The translations under genes and the position numbers were made by a program. The notes beneath the pieces are model-generated. The model did not search any database, had not been told where the DNA came from, and was given only the letters and a program-made list of their open reading frames with translations. Positions 28,414 through 37,199 of a stretch of 64,000 bases of DNA are shown here, piece after piece. How positions within the stretch are numbered: the first letter of the stretch is position 1; every line of letters starts with the position of its first letter. Source of the DNA: Candidatus Moraniibacteriota bacterium (GTDB taxonomy: Bacteria; Patescibacteriota; Minisyncoccia; Moranbacterales; UBA2206); NCBI GenBank assembly GCA_030645735.1, contig JAUSNP010000003.1, positions 103,411-167,410 on the forward strand. Direction: 5' to 3'.

Positions 28414-30057
28414 ATGAATAGATTCAAAAAAATAGTTACAAGTATCGATAGTTTTGTAGAAAAAATATTCGCCTTGCAAATTAATGTCACATTTTTAGTG
28501 GGGAGCTTTTTTGGTATAATAACTTTGCGTGTTTTTGAAGAAAGATTTTTGGCCTCAACCGATGTGGCTATTTTGGGAACAATCAACGGCTTCCTATATA
28601 ATTTCTTCTTTTTTGTCATTTTATATCTATTGCTTTGGTTTTTGCTTAGCTTGGTGCTCAAAATCAAACCCATGCAGTTGTCTGGCGTCCTACTGTGGTC
28701 ATTTTGGCTAGTCTTATTGCCACCAATCTTTGATATGGTTAAAACTGGCGGGAGTGTCTATTGGAGCTTCTATGCCTTGGATGATTTGGCGGGTCTGTGG
28801 CAAGAGTTTTATACCTTTTTTGGTCATTTACCCAGCGGAATTGTCTATTTTGGCACTAAAATCATTTTCATTCTAACAATATTTCTAGTTGGCGCCTTGG
28901 TCTTGGCTAAAACAAAGAGTTTTTTCAAGGCTTTGGGGAGCGCTTTTGCGACCTATGTCACGATGTTTGTTCTGGGTACTTTGCCATCATGGCTTACAAT
29001 GGTCTATTATTTTTTTGAAGGATCTAAAGATGTTATCAAAGTCACTGAAATTGATGCGGTTCAGTTTTTTGGCTCAGTGCATCCAATCTTTGGAATCGAA
29101 AGCGACAGCTTGAAATATGCCTTTACAAATAACCTTAATAGCGCCTACTTCCTACTGCTACTTTTTTTGTTGGGAGTTGTCTTTATTTGGGAAAGTAGAG
29201 AAAAAGCCGGGGAAATGGCAAGAAATGTCAGATTGCCTCAAATAATCTATCATGCCGGCTTGCTAGTAGTTGGAATCGGCCTGGGCCTCTTTGTTTATCC
29301 TCAGAATTTGCACCTCAACGTGTTTTCAGTTGGCGCAGTTTTGATTGTTTTGCTCAGTGTTTGGCTAGCTTGGCTGACTTCCGTAGTGGTGAATGATTTG
29401 AATGATTATAAAATTGACAACATAAGCAACAGCAGCCGTCCATTGCAGAAAAACATCTTCACCCAAAAAGAATATGCTGATTTGGGTAAAATTTTGTTTG
29501 GACTTTCACTTTTAGGTGGCTTGGTGATTGGCTTGAAATTCGCAATGCTGTTGTTTATTTATCAAATCCTAGCGTGGCTCTATTCAGCTAAACCATACCG
29601 CCTAAAAAGATTTCCAATCATAGCAACATTTTTTAGCGCTCTGGCCTCAGTGGTAATAATTTTTACTGGTTTTAGCTTATTTTCTGGGGATGACAATATC
29701 AAACTTTTCCCATGGAGAATAACCTTTTTGATGTTGGCAGCTTTAACTTTGTCATTGCCCATCAAAGATTTCAAGGATGTGGCAGGTGACAAGGCAGACG
29801 GCGTGTGGACCATCCCAGTTTTGTTTGGAATGGAAATGGGCAAGCTCATTGTGGCTTCCGGCATTTTCATCTCCTACATGCTAAGCGTATTCTTTTTGAA
29901 TGAAAAGAGGCTTTTTTGGTGGGCCTTGCTACTAGGTGGAATAGCTTTTTTGATAATGACCCACAAAAAAACAAAACCATATCAGATGATGTGGTTAGTT
30001 TTGGGAATCACGGCTATTTATGCAGTGGTTTTGGTGGAAATTGTTTTTATAAAATAA
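28414..30057 (+). CDS. UbiA-family prenyltransferase with extra N-terminal membrane domain
   Basis: The C-terminal half has NDLNDYKIDNI (NDxxDxxxD) and DFKDVAGDKADG (second Asp-rich motif), 8-9 TM. The N-terminal ~250 aa form an additional polytopic membrane domain. Confidence 0.6.
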   Translation: MNRFKKIVTSIDSFVEKIFALQINVTFLVGSFFGIITLRVFEERFLASTDVAILGTINGFLYNFFFFVILYLLLWFLLSLVLKIKPMQLSGVLLWSFWLVLLPPIFDMVKTGGSVYWSFYALDDLAGLWQEFYTFFGHLPSGIVYFGTKIIFILTIFLVGALVLAKTKSFFKALGSAFATYVTMFVLGTLPSWLTMVYYFFEGSKDVIKVTEIDAVQFFGSVHPIFGIESDSLKYAFTNNLNSAYFLLLLFLLGVVFIWESREKAGEMARNVRLPQIIYHAGLLVVGIGLGLFVYPQNLHLNVFSVGAVLIVLLSVWLAWLTSVVVNDLNDYKIDNISNSSRPLQKNIFTQKEYADLGKILFGLSLLGGLVIGLKFAMLLFIYQILAWLYSAKPYRLKRFPIIATFFSALASVVIIFTGFSLFSGDDNIKLFPWRITFLMLAALTLSLPIKDFKDVAGDKADGVWTIPVLFGMEMGKLIVASGIFISYMLSVFFLNEKRLFWWALLLGGIAFLIMTHKKTKPYQMMWLVLGITAIYAVVLVEIVFIK

Positions 30058-30060
30058 ATC

Positions 30061-30089
30061 GTAGAGACGCCCCAGCGGGGCGTCTCTAC
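30061..30089. terminator. Bidirectional hairpin GTAGAGACGCCCC-agc-GGGGCGTCTCTAC between convergent genes
   Basis: 13-bp GC-rich perfect stem between the convergent UbiA-like (+) and ksgA (-) genes. Third member of the GTAGAGACG hairpin family. Confidence 0.5.
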
Positions 30090-30093
30090 ATCG

Positions 30094-30885
30094 TTAGAAT
30101 ATTTCAACCAATCTTTGCCAATCTGCAACATCCAATTCTTGCGCGCGAGCGTTTTCTGAAATCGAAAGCGCTTTTAATTTTTCGCTAACTATAGACTTAT
30201 CCAATTGTAGACTGTTGCTCAGATTGTTGGCCAGAGTTTTTCGTTTAGCAGAAAAACCGGCTTTCACCAAGCGAAAGAATTTTTTGTCCAGCTCTTTGTC
30301 GAATTTGCGATTCGGTGTGATTTTTATAATAGCGCTATCAACCTTGGGCACTGGAAAAAAAGCATTTTTGCTGACTTCGAACAATATTTCTGCGGTAGCA
30401 TAATATTGTACGGAAATAGATAATATACTCATCTGGCCAGTAGACGCCGTGATTCTTTGAGCTACTTCTTTTTGGACCATCAACAAAATTTCTTGTGGTT
30501 GGGTTTCTTGTTCTAAGAATAATCGAATGATTGGTGAAGTTATGTAATATGGAATATTTGCTATTAGTTTGTAGTTTGTAGTTTGTAGTTTGTAGTTGCT
30601 AATCAATGCTGGTAAATTTATATTCAAAATATTCGCGTGAATAAATTCAACATTCTTTTGCGTGGCAAATTTTTCAGTTAGCTTGGGAAGCAGGTCAGAA
30701 TCTAATTCAATAGCGATGACTTTCTGAGCATGCTTTGCTAATTGTTCAGTTAACACACCTTCGCCAGGTCCAATCTCAATCACAAAATCATCTGACTTTA
30801 AATCAGATGCTTCAATTATTTTTTGCAAAACTTTTTCATCGCGCAGAAAGTTTTGTCCTAATGATTTTTTTGGCTTATTTTCCAT
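30094..30885 (-). CDS. rsmA: 16S rRNA (adenine1518/1519-N6)-dimethyltransferase RsmA/KsgA
   Basis: SLGQNFLRDEKVLQKI..IEIGPGEGVLT (SAM motif) ... ANIPYYITSPI (NLPYNIS-type motif). Confidence 0.85.
   Translation of the reverse strand: MENKPKKSLGQNFLRDEKVLQKIIEASDLKSDDFVIEIGPGEGVLTEQLAKHAQKVIAIELDSDLLPKLTEKFATQKNVEFIHANILNINLPALISNYKLQTTNYKLIANIPYYITSPIIRLFLEQETQPQEILLMVQKEVAQRITASTGQMSILSISVQYYATAEILFEVSKNAFFPVPKVDSAIIKITPNRKFDKELDKKFFRLVKAGFSAKRKTLANNLSNSLQLDKSIVSEKLKALSISENARAQELDVADWQRLVEIF
30565..30598. repeat. Tandem 7-mer (TAGTTTG) x4.8 inside the ksgA CDS
   Basis: tagtttgtagtttgtagtttgtagtttgtagttg encodes an NYKLQTTNYKL insertion just before the conserved (N/I)PY motif. Confidence 0.6.
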
Positions 30886-31851
30886 TTAATTTAAAACTTG
30901 TTCCACTTTTACATTATTTAAAATTCCTTGTCCAAGATCTCCAATTTTTGCAAAAGATGCATAACTCAAATCAATTATGCGTTGCGGTGATTGTGGTCCG
31001 AAGTCATTGATTTTGACGATAGTTGATTTGCCATTATCTAGGTTGGTCACCTTGGCAAATCCGCCACGTGGAATCGTTCGGCTAGCGTTCAATTCTCCCC
31101 AACCCGAAGCATAGTAGCTGGCATCACCCCGGCCAGCCTTGCCGAGTTTCATGTATGTTCCTTGTACAACTATTTCTGGAGTTGGTTCCTGAACAACATT
31201 TTCTGCTAGAATTTTGCGTGAAATCTCTTTGCCATCATGGCTGACTACTTTGTAGGTTATTTCTTTTATCCCTCGAATTCCTTGCTGTTCAACTTTTTTA
31301 ACTCGCCAACCCAGAGAATCATCCTCCTTTGAGATTGTTTTGAAATCAATTGGCTTGGGCAAGATTTCCTCTTTGATTTCCACGCGAGTGATGGAAATTT
31401 TCAGATCATTTTTTAGTAAAGTCGACATAGCTGGAACCACTAGGTCATCTTCGCCTAGAGTTATGTGACTATCGATAATAGCGCTTTCAACAGTCTTAGT
31501 CAAGGTGAAAACATCTTGTGTTTCTCCATCGGCGGAAATTTTTACTTTTATGGCTCGATCAATTTTGATGTTTATGCCTGGATAGAGTTGCGAATCTTTG
31601 GTTGGAATAATGGCGTCATACTCACCTAGTGCAATCTTTTTTTCTTGCAACATATCATTGACAGTTTTTGCGGAAGTATCTGTTTCAAATAGCAGACCGT
31701 TATCATTGATGGAAATTGATTTGTTTATATTAAAATTTAATTCTTTGGATGAATTATTGAAAAAGATAAAAACTTTTACAACAAAGAAAAAAAGTAACAA
31801 TGTAGAAATTGGTAATAATAATTTTCTGAATTTTTGTGATGGGATAGTCAT
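30886..31851 (-). CDS. YabE/RpfB-like protein: G5 domain + RlpA-like (3D/DPBB) domain
   Basis: N-terminal TM. G5-like segment (YKVVSHDGKEISRKILAENVVQEPTPEIVVQGT). C-terminal DPBB (GDASYYASGWGE...KVTNLDNGKSTIVKINDFGP). Upstream of ksgA, as in Bacillus yabE-ksgA. Confidence 0.6.
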   Translation of the reverse strand: MTIPSQKFRKLLLPISTLLLFFFVVKVFIFFNNSSKELNFNINKSISINDNGLLFETDTSAKTVNDMLQEKKIALGEYDAIIPTKDSQLYPGINIKIDRAIKVKISADGETQDVFTLTKTVESAIIDSHITLGEDDLVVPAMSTLLKNDLKISITRVEIKEEILPKPIDFKTISKEDDSLGWRVKKVEQQGIRGIKEITYKVVSHDGKEISRKILAENVVQEPTPEIVVQGTYMKLGKAGRGDASYYASGWGELNASRTIPRGGFAKVTNLDNGKSTIVKINDFGPQSPQRIIDLSYASFAKIGDLGQGILNNVKVEQVLN

Positions 31852-31854
31852 AAA

Positions 31855-31960
31855 AGTCTAAAGTCTAATTGCTAAAATCAAAAAGTATAAAGTTAATAAA
31901 TATTTTGAACTTTAGACTTAAATGCTTCTTTTAGACTTCGGTCTTTAGAAGTTAGACTTC
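31855..31960. repeat. Cluster of AAGTCTAAAG / CTTTAGACTT 10-mers in the 5' region of the yabE-like gene
   Basis: aagtctaaagtctaa (31855..31869), ctttagactt (31910..31919), ttttagactt (31929..31938), gttagacttc (31951..31960). The same motif recurs at 39351..39381 and 45165..45174. Confidence 0.4.
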
Positions 31961-31967
31961 TAGTAAG

Positions 31968-33494
31968 TTATTCTGCCTTAAACCGATATTGAATCGCCTC
32001 GGCAATATGTGATGGCTGGATGTCAGAAACTTCGGCTAGGTCAGCAATTGTCCTGGCAACCTTAATAATACGATAATAAGCGCGAGCACTCAAGTGCAAG
32101 GAAGAAACGGCACTTTTCATGAGCTCTAGGCAATTTTGATCCAAGGAGCAGAACTTTTTTATTTCTGGCCCACCCATCTCGCTATTTGTTATGATACGAG
32201 ACCCATGGAAGCGTTGAGTTTGGATGTTTCTGGCTCTTTCGACTCGTTCGCGTATTGAAATGGAGCTTTCTGAGATTGAGTCTTCAGCTAATTTTTCAAA
32301 TTTGATGCGTGGCACCTCAACATGCAAGTCAATACGATCAAGAATTGGACCCGAGATTTTTCGTTGGTACTTGATAATTTGGGCTGGATTGCAAGAGCAG
32401 GCTTTTTCTGGATCAGTGGCGTTGCCACACGGACAAGGATTCATAGCAGCCACGAGTGTGAAGCGTGCAGGGAACTCTAACGTACCTTGGGCGCGCGAAA
32501 CGGTGATGATACCATCTTCTAAAGGCTGGCGTAGATTTTCTAGAACGGAGCGAGAAAACTCTGGGAATTCATCCAGAAATAATACGCCACGATGTGATAG
32601 GCTGATTTCTCCAGGCTTAGGATATGTTCCACCACCCACCAGTGAAACAGCGCTGGCGCTGTGATGTGGGGAGCGAAATTGACGGTGTGTCATCAAGGCC
32701 GTTTCTTTAGGCAATTGACCTGAAACAGAAAATATTTTAGTAACTTCAAGCGCCTCTGGCACAGTTAGCTTGGGCAAAATAGAGGGCATAGTTTTGGCCA
32801 AAAGACTCTTGCCTGACCCAGGCGGGCCGTTCAAAATGACATTGTGACCACCAGCTGCTGCAATCTCTAGCGCGCGCTTAGCATGTTCTTGCCCCTTAAT
32901 GAAGGACATTTCACATAAGTGCTCCTCATGAGTGAATAAATTGTTTAAATCTATTGCAGGAAAAGTTGCAATTGATCGTTGATTGGTTAAATGAGCAATG
33001 AGAGAAAGCAGATTGTCTACCGGATAAATATTTAATCCTTCAATAACCGAGGCTTCAGCGGCATTTTCACGTGGAATAAAGATATCTTGAATGTTTTTTT
33101 CTTTGGCCAAGATGGCCATTGGCAATACGCCTTTGACTGGGCGGACTGTGCCATCCAATGCCAGCTCACCTAGAAAAATTTTGTTAGTGTAGTCGAATTT
33201 TATTTGTTTGGTGGTCAAAAGAAAGCCTAGCGCAATTGGCAAGTCATAAACAGGCCCTTCTTTTTTGAGATCGGCGGGCGCCAGGTTGACGGTTATGCGC
33301 CCGCATTGATGCGGTGGTTTGAATTTGCTGTTGCGAATGGCCGCTGCCACACGATCCTTGGCCTCTTTGACGGCAGCGTCTGGCAAGCCAACAATGTTAA
33401 ATTGATGCAGCCCGGCCGACACCGCATCAACCTCAATTTCGATGAGCTCGCTCTTGAGGCCAATGGTGGCAGCAGATAAGATTTTTGAAGACAC
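31968..33494 (-). CDS. comM: ComM/YifB-family Mg-chelatase-like AAA+ ATPase
   Basis: 508 aa. Walker A (LNGPPGSGKSLLAKTM), Walker B (VLFLDEFPEF), C-terminal zinc-finger-like CPCG. Confidence 0.8.
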   Translation of the reverse strand: MSSKILSAATIGLKSELIEIEVDAVSAGLHQFNIVGLPDAAVKEAKDRVAAAIRNSKFKPPHQCGRITVNLAPADLKKEGPVYDLPIALGFLLTTKQIKFDYTNKIFLGELALDGTVRPVKGVLPMAILAKEKNIQDIFIPRENAAEASVIEGLNIYPVDNLLSLIAHLTNQRSIATFPAIDLNNLFTHEEHLCEMSFIKGQEHAKRALEIAAAGGHNVILNGPPGSGKSLLAKTMPSILPKLTVPEALEVTKIFSVSGQLPKETALMTHRQFRSPHHSASAVSLVGGGTYPKPGEISLSHRGVLFLDEFPEFSRSVLENLRQPLEDGIITVSRAQGTLEFPARFTLVAAMNPCPCGNATDPEKACSCNPAQIIKYQRKISGPILDRIDLHVEVPRIKFEKLAEDSISESSISIRERVERARNIQTQRFHGSRIITNSEMGGPEIKKFCSLDQNCLELMKSAVSSLHLSARAYYRIIKVARTIADLAEVSDIQPSHIAEAIQYRFKAE

Positions 33495-33506
33495 TTCTTT
33501 AGAGTT

Positions 33507-33911
33507 TTAATTTTTATTTTTTGCAATTGAGTATAATGTTATTATAACACCAATTGTAATAAATGCATCAGCCAAATTGAAAATTGACCAAAAACCAATA
33601 TTTATAAAATCAATTACACAGCCAAAATACAGGCGATCAATAACATTTGATATGGCTCCGGCTAATATCATATAAAGTGCGGGCTTGTAGATTGAAATTT
33701 TGTGACTACCTATCGCATAAATAATCAGGCCAACAATAAAAAACCAAAAAAACCAAAATAGTATTGTAGGCAGCACAATGCTGAATGAAATTCCTGAATT
33801 GCAAATATAAAATCCGCCCAAATGGCGGACTAAATATTTACTTAACTGGTCAATAAAAACCAATAAAGTTAAAAGTGAAAATAATTTTATGTTCGTAGAT
33901 TCGTGTAACAT
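33507..33911 (-). CDS. lspA: Lipoprotein signal peptidase II
   Basis: 134 aa, 4 [17 protein letters not shown] and FNLADAFI motifs. Confidence 0.75.
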   Translation of the reverse strand: MLHESTNIKLFSLLTLLVFIDQLSKYLVRHLGGFYICNSGISFSIVLPTILFWFFWFFIVGLIIYAIGSHKISIYKPALYMILAGAISNVIDRLYFGCVIDFINIGFWSIFNLADAFITIGVIITLYSIAKNKN

Positions 33912-33930
33912 TCGTAGTTTCGCATCGGCC

Positions 33931-34275
33931 TTAGCATTTTATACAGGTCTGCGCTGATGGATTGGCCTGTAATCTTTCGATAGCAATTTCTTGTTTACAA
34001 TTGTCGCAAATCCCATAAGTGCCATTTTCCATTTTAGCTAAAGCGCTAGTAACCTCATGTAGTTTTTTTACCAATGTTTGTTCCACTGGCAGATTATCGG
34101 TATATTCTTCAACTTCAGTGGTATTGTCTTCGCGATCATTGCCAATTTCATCAAAAGTGGTGGTATATTCACCATCAGTTGGTTTGGCAATTCTGTTTAG
34201 ATTGCTTTCCAATTCAGCTTTCTCAGTTAATAGAGCCTCTTTGAGTTCAGCTAGTGTTTTTGAATCAATCGTCAT
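33931..34275 (-). CDS. DksA/TraR-family C4-type zinc-finger protein
   Basis: C-terminal [25 protein letters not shown] four-Cys zinc finger after a coiled-coil N-terminal region. Confidence 0.65.
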   Translation of the reverse strand: MTIDSKTLAELKEALLTEKAELESNLNRIAKPTDGEYTTTFDEIGNDREDNTTEVEEYTDNLPVEQTLVKKLHEVTSALAKMENGTYGICDNCKQEIAIERLQANPSAQTCIKC

Positions 34276-34331
34276 ATGTTTAAATTTAAGAATATTAATA
34301 AGCTAAGTATATCAATTTAGCGTGATACTGT

Positions 34332-34733
34332 CTATAAGCTCTGGATATGTTTGATTTTGGCCATCCTAGTCTCAAAATTGAGCCAGACCGAGACAGCATC
34401 AAAGCGATAGGTATAATCAGTTATTCGGTGTTGGCGCAGATAGATGGTGGCTATTTTATCTAGTTTTCGGAGTTTTTGATAGGTCACATTCTCTTCTGGT
34501 AGAGTATCTTTGTATTTGTTATATTCCCGAGTCTTGACTTCCACAAAAACAATTTCATCTTGTGTTAAATCTTTGGCGATAATATCAATTTCACCCAATC
34601 GTCGTCCAGAGTCATTTTGAAAGTTCATATCTAAAATTTCATAGCCCTTGCCTTTGAGAAAATTGGCCGCCGCTTGCTCGCCCGCTTGTCCAGTTGTCGC
34701 CTTGTTATTTAGCATAAGAATTTGGTGGCTCAA
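34332..34733 (-). CDS. YraN-family (UPF0102) endonuclease-like protein
   Basis: GEQAAANFLKGKGYEILDMNF...GEIDIIAKD...VFVEVKTR is a YraN/PD-(D/E)xK-type signature. Confidence 0.7.
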   Translation of the reverse strand: MSHQILMLNNKATTGQAGEQAAANFLKGKGYEILDMNFQNDSGRRLGEIDIIAKDLTQDEIVFVEVKTREYNKYKDTLPEENVTYQKLRKLDKIATIYLRQHRITDYTYRFDAVSVWLNFETRMAKIKHIQSL

Positions 34734-34789
34734 TTGGTCTCATGTATCCAATCAATCCTATTCCAATTCTACCATTTTAAAAACAAAAA

Positions 34790-35400
34790 AACACCCTTCA
34801 AGGTGCAATTCAATTGTTGTATAGATGGGGTTTTGTATAGAAACCCCGGACACTGCCGGATAATAGCCAAATAATATATAAATTGCTAATGCGGACAGTG
34901 CCCGAAGGTGTTCGTCAATGTGGGTACGCGTCGGTCTTTTTTGTACTTTTTGATTCCGGGTGAGGAAATCATTTTAGTCACAGAAGACTAGCGTGTGATT
35001 CTTTGATCACGCACATTGCTTTTTGTGTTATTCTAACTTTTTTTAACACTTTTTTCTCCTTACCGTTCTCTGGCATAAAGCCTTTTGGGTGGCCAGTAAC
35101 TACCTGGAAGAGCATTTTTAATGGAAATTGCTACTCGAGGTAGTTACCAACCGTTTTAAAGAACATTTTTTACTTTTTATTTTTATTTTTAGTAAAATTT
35201 TTATTTTTGTTTTTAGGGTCCGCTGGTTAGAATTCAGCGGCGGCTTCGATTCGTTGATCGAAACACTTGAACAGTAGAGAGGTTTCAATCGCAAATAGGG
35301 GGAAATTGCGATTGAAACTCCGCTACCATTCAAAGAGCCTTGTTTTCGGCTCGGATTAAGTTTTCAAAGTTCACTATACAATAATTATAGCAGAAAAATA
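34790..35400. other. About 600-nt ORF-poor, locally GC-rich intergenic region with multiple stable hairpins (candidate structured ncRNA(s), identity unresolved)
   Basis: Hairpins: ggggttttgtatagaaacccc; ccgctggttagaattcagcgg; gtttcaatcgcaa-N9-ttgcgattgaaac (13-bp stem); gtaactacct-N31-aggtagttac; gagcc-N8-ggctc. The 71-aa track ORF here is Lys-rich junk. Confidence 0.25.
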
Positions 35401-35551
35401 TGCCTCGGTCAATATTAGTTGCTGTATATTGCGATAATACTAATAATTATTGCAATATAAAACATTTGTGCATATTTTTTTCAAAAATCAAAATATCAAT
35501 CAAAAATAATAAGTAAATTTCTTTTTCTAGAATGGCCTATTTTAAGGAAAA

Positions 35552-36955
35552 TTACTCTTTATTCAACAAGTTATCCACAGGTTGCTCAGTATTTCCTGTT
35601 GTTGTCGGTGCCATTGCAGATGTAGCGGAAGTTTTTGGCTGAATAGTTGTTGTTGCGGGAGCAATTTTATCTATAATTGATCGCAAAGTCATTTTAGTTG
35701 TTCCAATAACTAGTTGTTTGTCAGTTAATGCGTAATCAATGGATAAATTTTCTGGAGAAACTATATTTTGATAGCGAATATCGATTCCATTGTAAATACT
35801 TTTGCCAAAAACAGCAGTTGGCAGTTCATAAATTGTCGACAACAACAGCGCCGATATATTTTTAGCTAAAATAGGCTCTTCTTTCAATAGGACAGGCTTT
35901 AATTTAGCTGAATTGGCGAAATCAACAGTCAACCCTAAGCGCATATTTCCATTGTCATTGAATATAAAGAGGCTAAAATTCTTATTTAAATAAGTCAATA
36001 TATTTTTGGATAGTGTTAAGCCCATTTTTTGTGAAAAGGTCGCAAAGTCGATTGGATTATTTTGTGTATCAGTAACTATGAATTCAATTGGAGTTGTCAC
36101 AGCTGATTTTTTGATATCTTCTGCAAATTTATTAATAGCTTCTTTGATCTGAGTATTGTCAATGGCAGTGGTATCTATAGATAAGTAATTAGGCTTGTCG
36201 TTAGAAAAGCTCAATTCTGGCACAATTATAACTTCTGGCTCTGGAATAGTCACAGTCTCAGGTTCTATTGTTGGTTCAACTATAATCACATCTTGGCGAA
36301 GCAATAGCAAATAATATACACCTATGCCAATAATTAGCGCAATAAAGGTGATGACAATAAATGCCAGCATTTTGGTTGGTTTTTTTTGAGGTAGTGCCTT
36401 GTTTAATTCTGGAAGGGGTCTTCTTATTTCAACTGCTTTTTGTTCCTCAATCCCTTGGGTAGATTTTTTTTGCGCTGCTAATTTTTCAGCCTCGACTCTT
36501 TCCATTTCAGCTGCCTTTTTTATTTCAGCAGTCCTTTGCTCAATTACTTTTTGTTCAGCAATTTTTTGGGTTGCCAAATTTTCTGCTTCAGCTGCTTTTT
36601 GAACTACAATTTTTTGAGTAGTTGGATTTTTTGGCGCAGACCCAAAAAGAGAACTAAAAAACGAATGTTTCGGTGTTTTTGGTTGAGAGGTGTTTGCTTG
36701 AAGTTGAGGTTGCTGATTTAAATCGGCAGTTGTATTGAAAAAGGGACTATTATTTTGCGTAGCAGAAGCATTTTTTGATACTGATTGTGTTGCAATTGGT
36801 TGGGATTGTTTGCTACCAGGGTGTTCAATTTCTTCAATATCTTTAGCCATTGTATGGATGGGAATATCCTCAATTTTCAAATCTTTTGCTTGATTAAAAT
36901 CTTGTCGTTGTGAATTAGCCTCTTCAGCATCGAAAACATTTTGATTTTTGAACAT
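35552..36955 (-). CDS. Hypothetical bitopic membrane protein with Gln/Ala/Glu-rich coiled-coil N-domain
   Basis: 467 aa. Single TM (MLAFIVITFIALIIGIGVYYLLLL). Repetitive AEKLAAQKK / AEIKKAAEMERVEAEKLA segments. Confidence 0.5.
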   Translation of the reverse strand: MFKNQNVFDAEEANSQRQDFNQAKDLKIEDIPIHTMAKDIEEIEHPGSKQSQPIATQSVSKNASATQNNSPFFNTTADLNQQPQLQANTSQPKTPKHSFFSSLFGSAPKNPTTQKIVVQKAAEAENLATQKIAEQKVIEQRTAEIKKAAEMERVEAEKLAAQKKSTQGIEEQKAVEIRRPLPELNKALPQKKPTKMLAFIVITFIALIIGIGVYYLLLLRQDVIIVEPTIEPETVTIPEPEVIIVPELSFSNDKPNYLSIDTTAIDNTQIKEAINKFAEDIKKSAVTTPIEFIVTDTQNNPIDFATFSQKMGLTLSKNILTYLNKNFSLFIFNDNGNMRLGLTVDFANSAKLKPVLLKEEPILAKNISALLLSTIYELPTAVFGKSIYNGIDIRYQNIVSPENLSIDYALTDKQLVIGTTKMTLRSIIDKIAPATTTIQPKTSATSAMAPTTTGNTEQPVDNLLNKE

Positions 36956-37009
36956 TTTTTTTTGTTTTAATTCCGCATTTTAGCTGTGCGAAAAGATATT
37001 TTTAAAAAA

Positions 37010-37045
37010 TAAAATAGAGACAATTTTACTTGTCTCTATTTTACA
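37010..37045 (-). terminator. Rho-independent terminator downstream of pnp
   Basis: ATAGAGACAA-ttttac-TTGTCTCTAT, with a T-run on the minus strand and an A-run on the plus strand. Confidence 0.55.
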
Positions 37046-37067
37046 ATAAAAATTCGTTTTTGACTAT

Positions 37068-37197
37068 CCCGCACTAACTTTGTATCAACGCCAGAGGCGT
37101 TCACGTGAGTTAATGCGGATTATTCAGTCAAATATTGAATGTTATGAATGTATATTCTTTGCGAGTAAGTGTAAATCAAATACAAAGTTAGTGCGGG
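37068..37197. repeat. 130-bp element bracketed by perfect 17-bp inverted repeats CCCGCACTAACTTTGTA / TACAAAGTTAGTGCGGG
   Basis: Arms at 37068..37084 and 37181..37197, abutting the pnp stop codon (37200). The core contains hairpin ACGCCagaGGCGT. Confidence 0.45.
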
Positions 37198-37199
37198 AA

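Noticed and set aside
28392-28673. 93-aa minus ORF overlapping the start of the UbiA-like gene
   Set aside because: Antisense and Lys-rich. The plus-strand gene is well supported.
35118-35333. 71-aa minus ORF in the hairpin-rich intergenic region
   Set aside because: Lys-rich low-complexity translation of an AT-rich spacer with stacked hairpins. More likely non-coding.
34790-35400. Assignment as RNase P RNA, tmRNA or SRP RNA
   Set aside because: I attempted to match P4 (GGAAAGUCCGGGC / ACAGAACCCGGCUUA), the tmRNA 5'/3' tRNA-like ends and the SRP GGAA-AGCAG apical motif. Only weak partial resemblances were found, so the region is left as an unassigned structured candidate.
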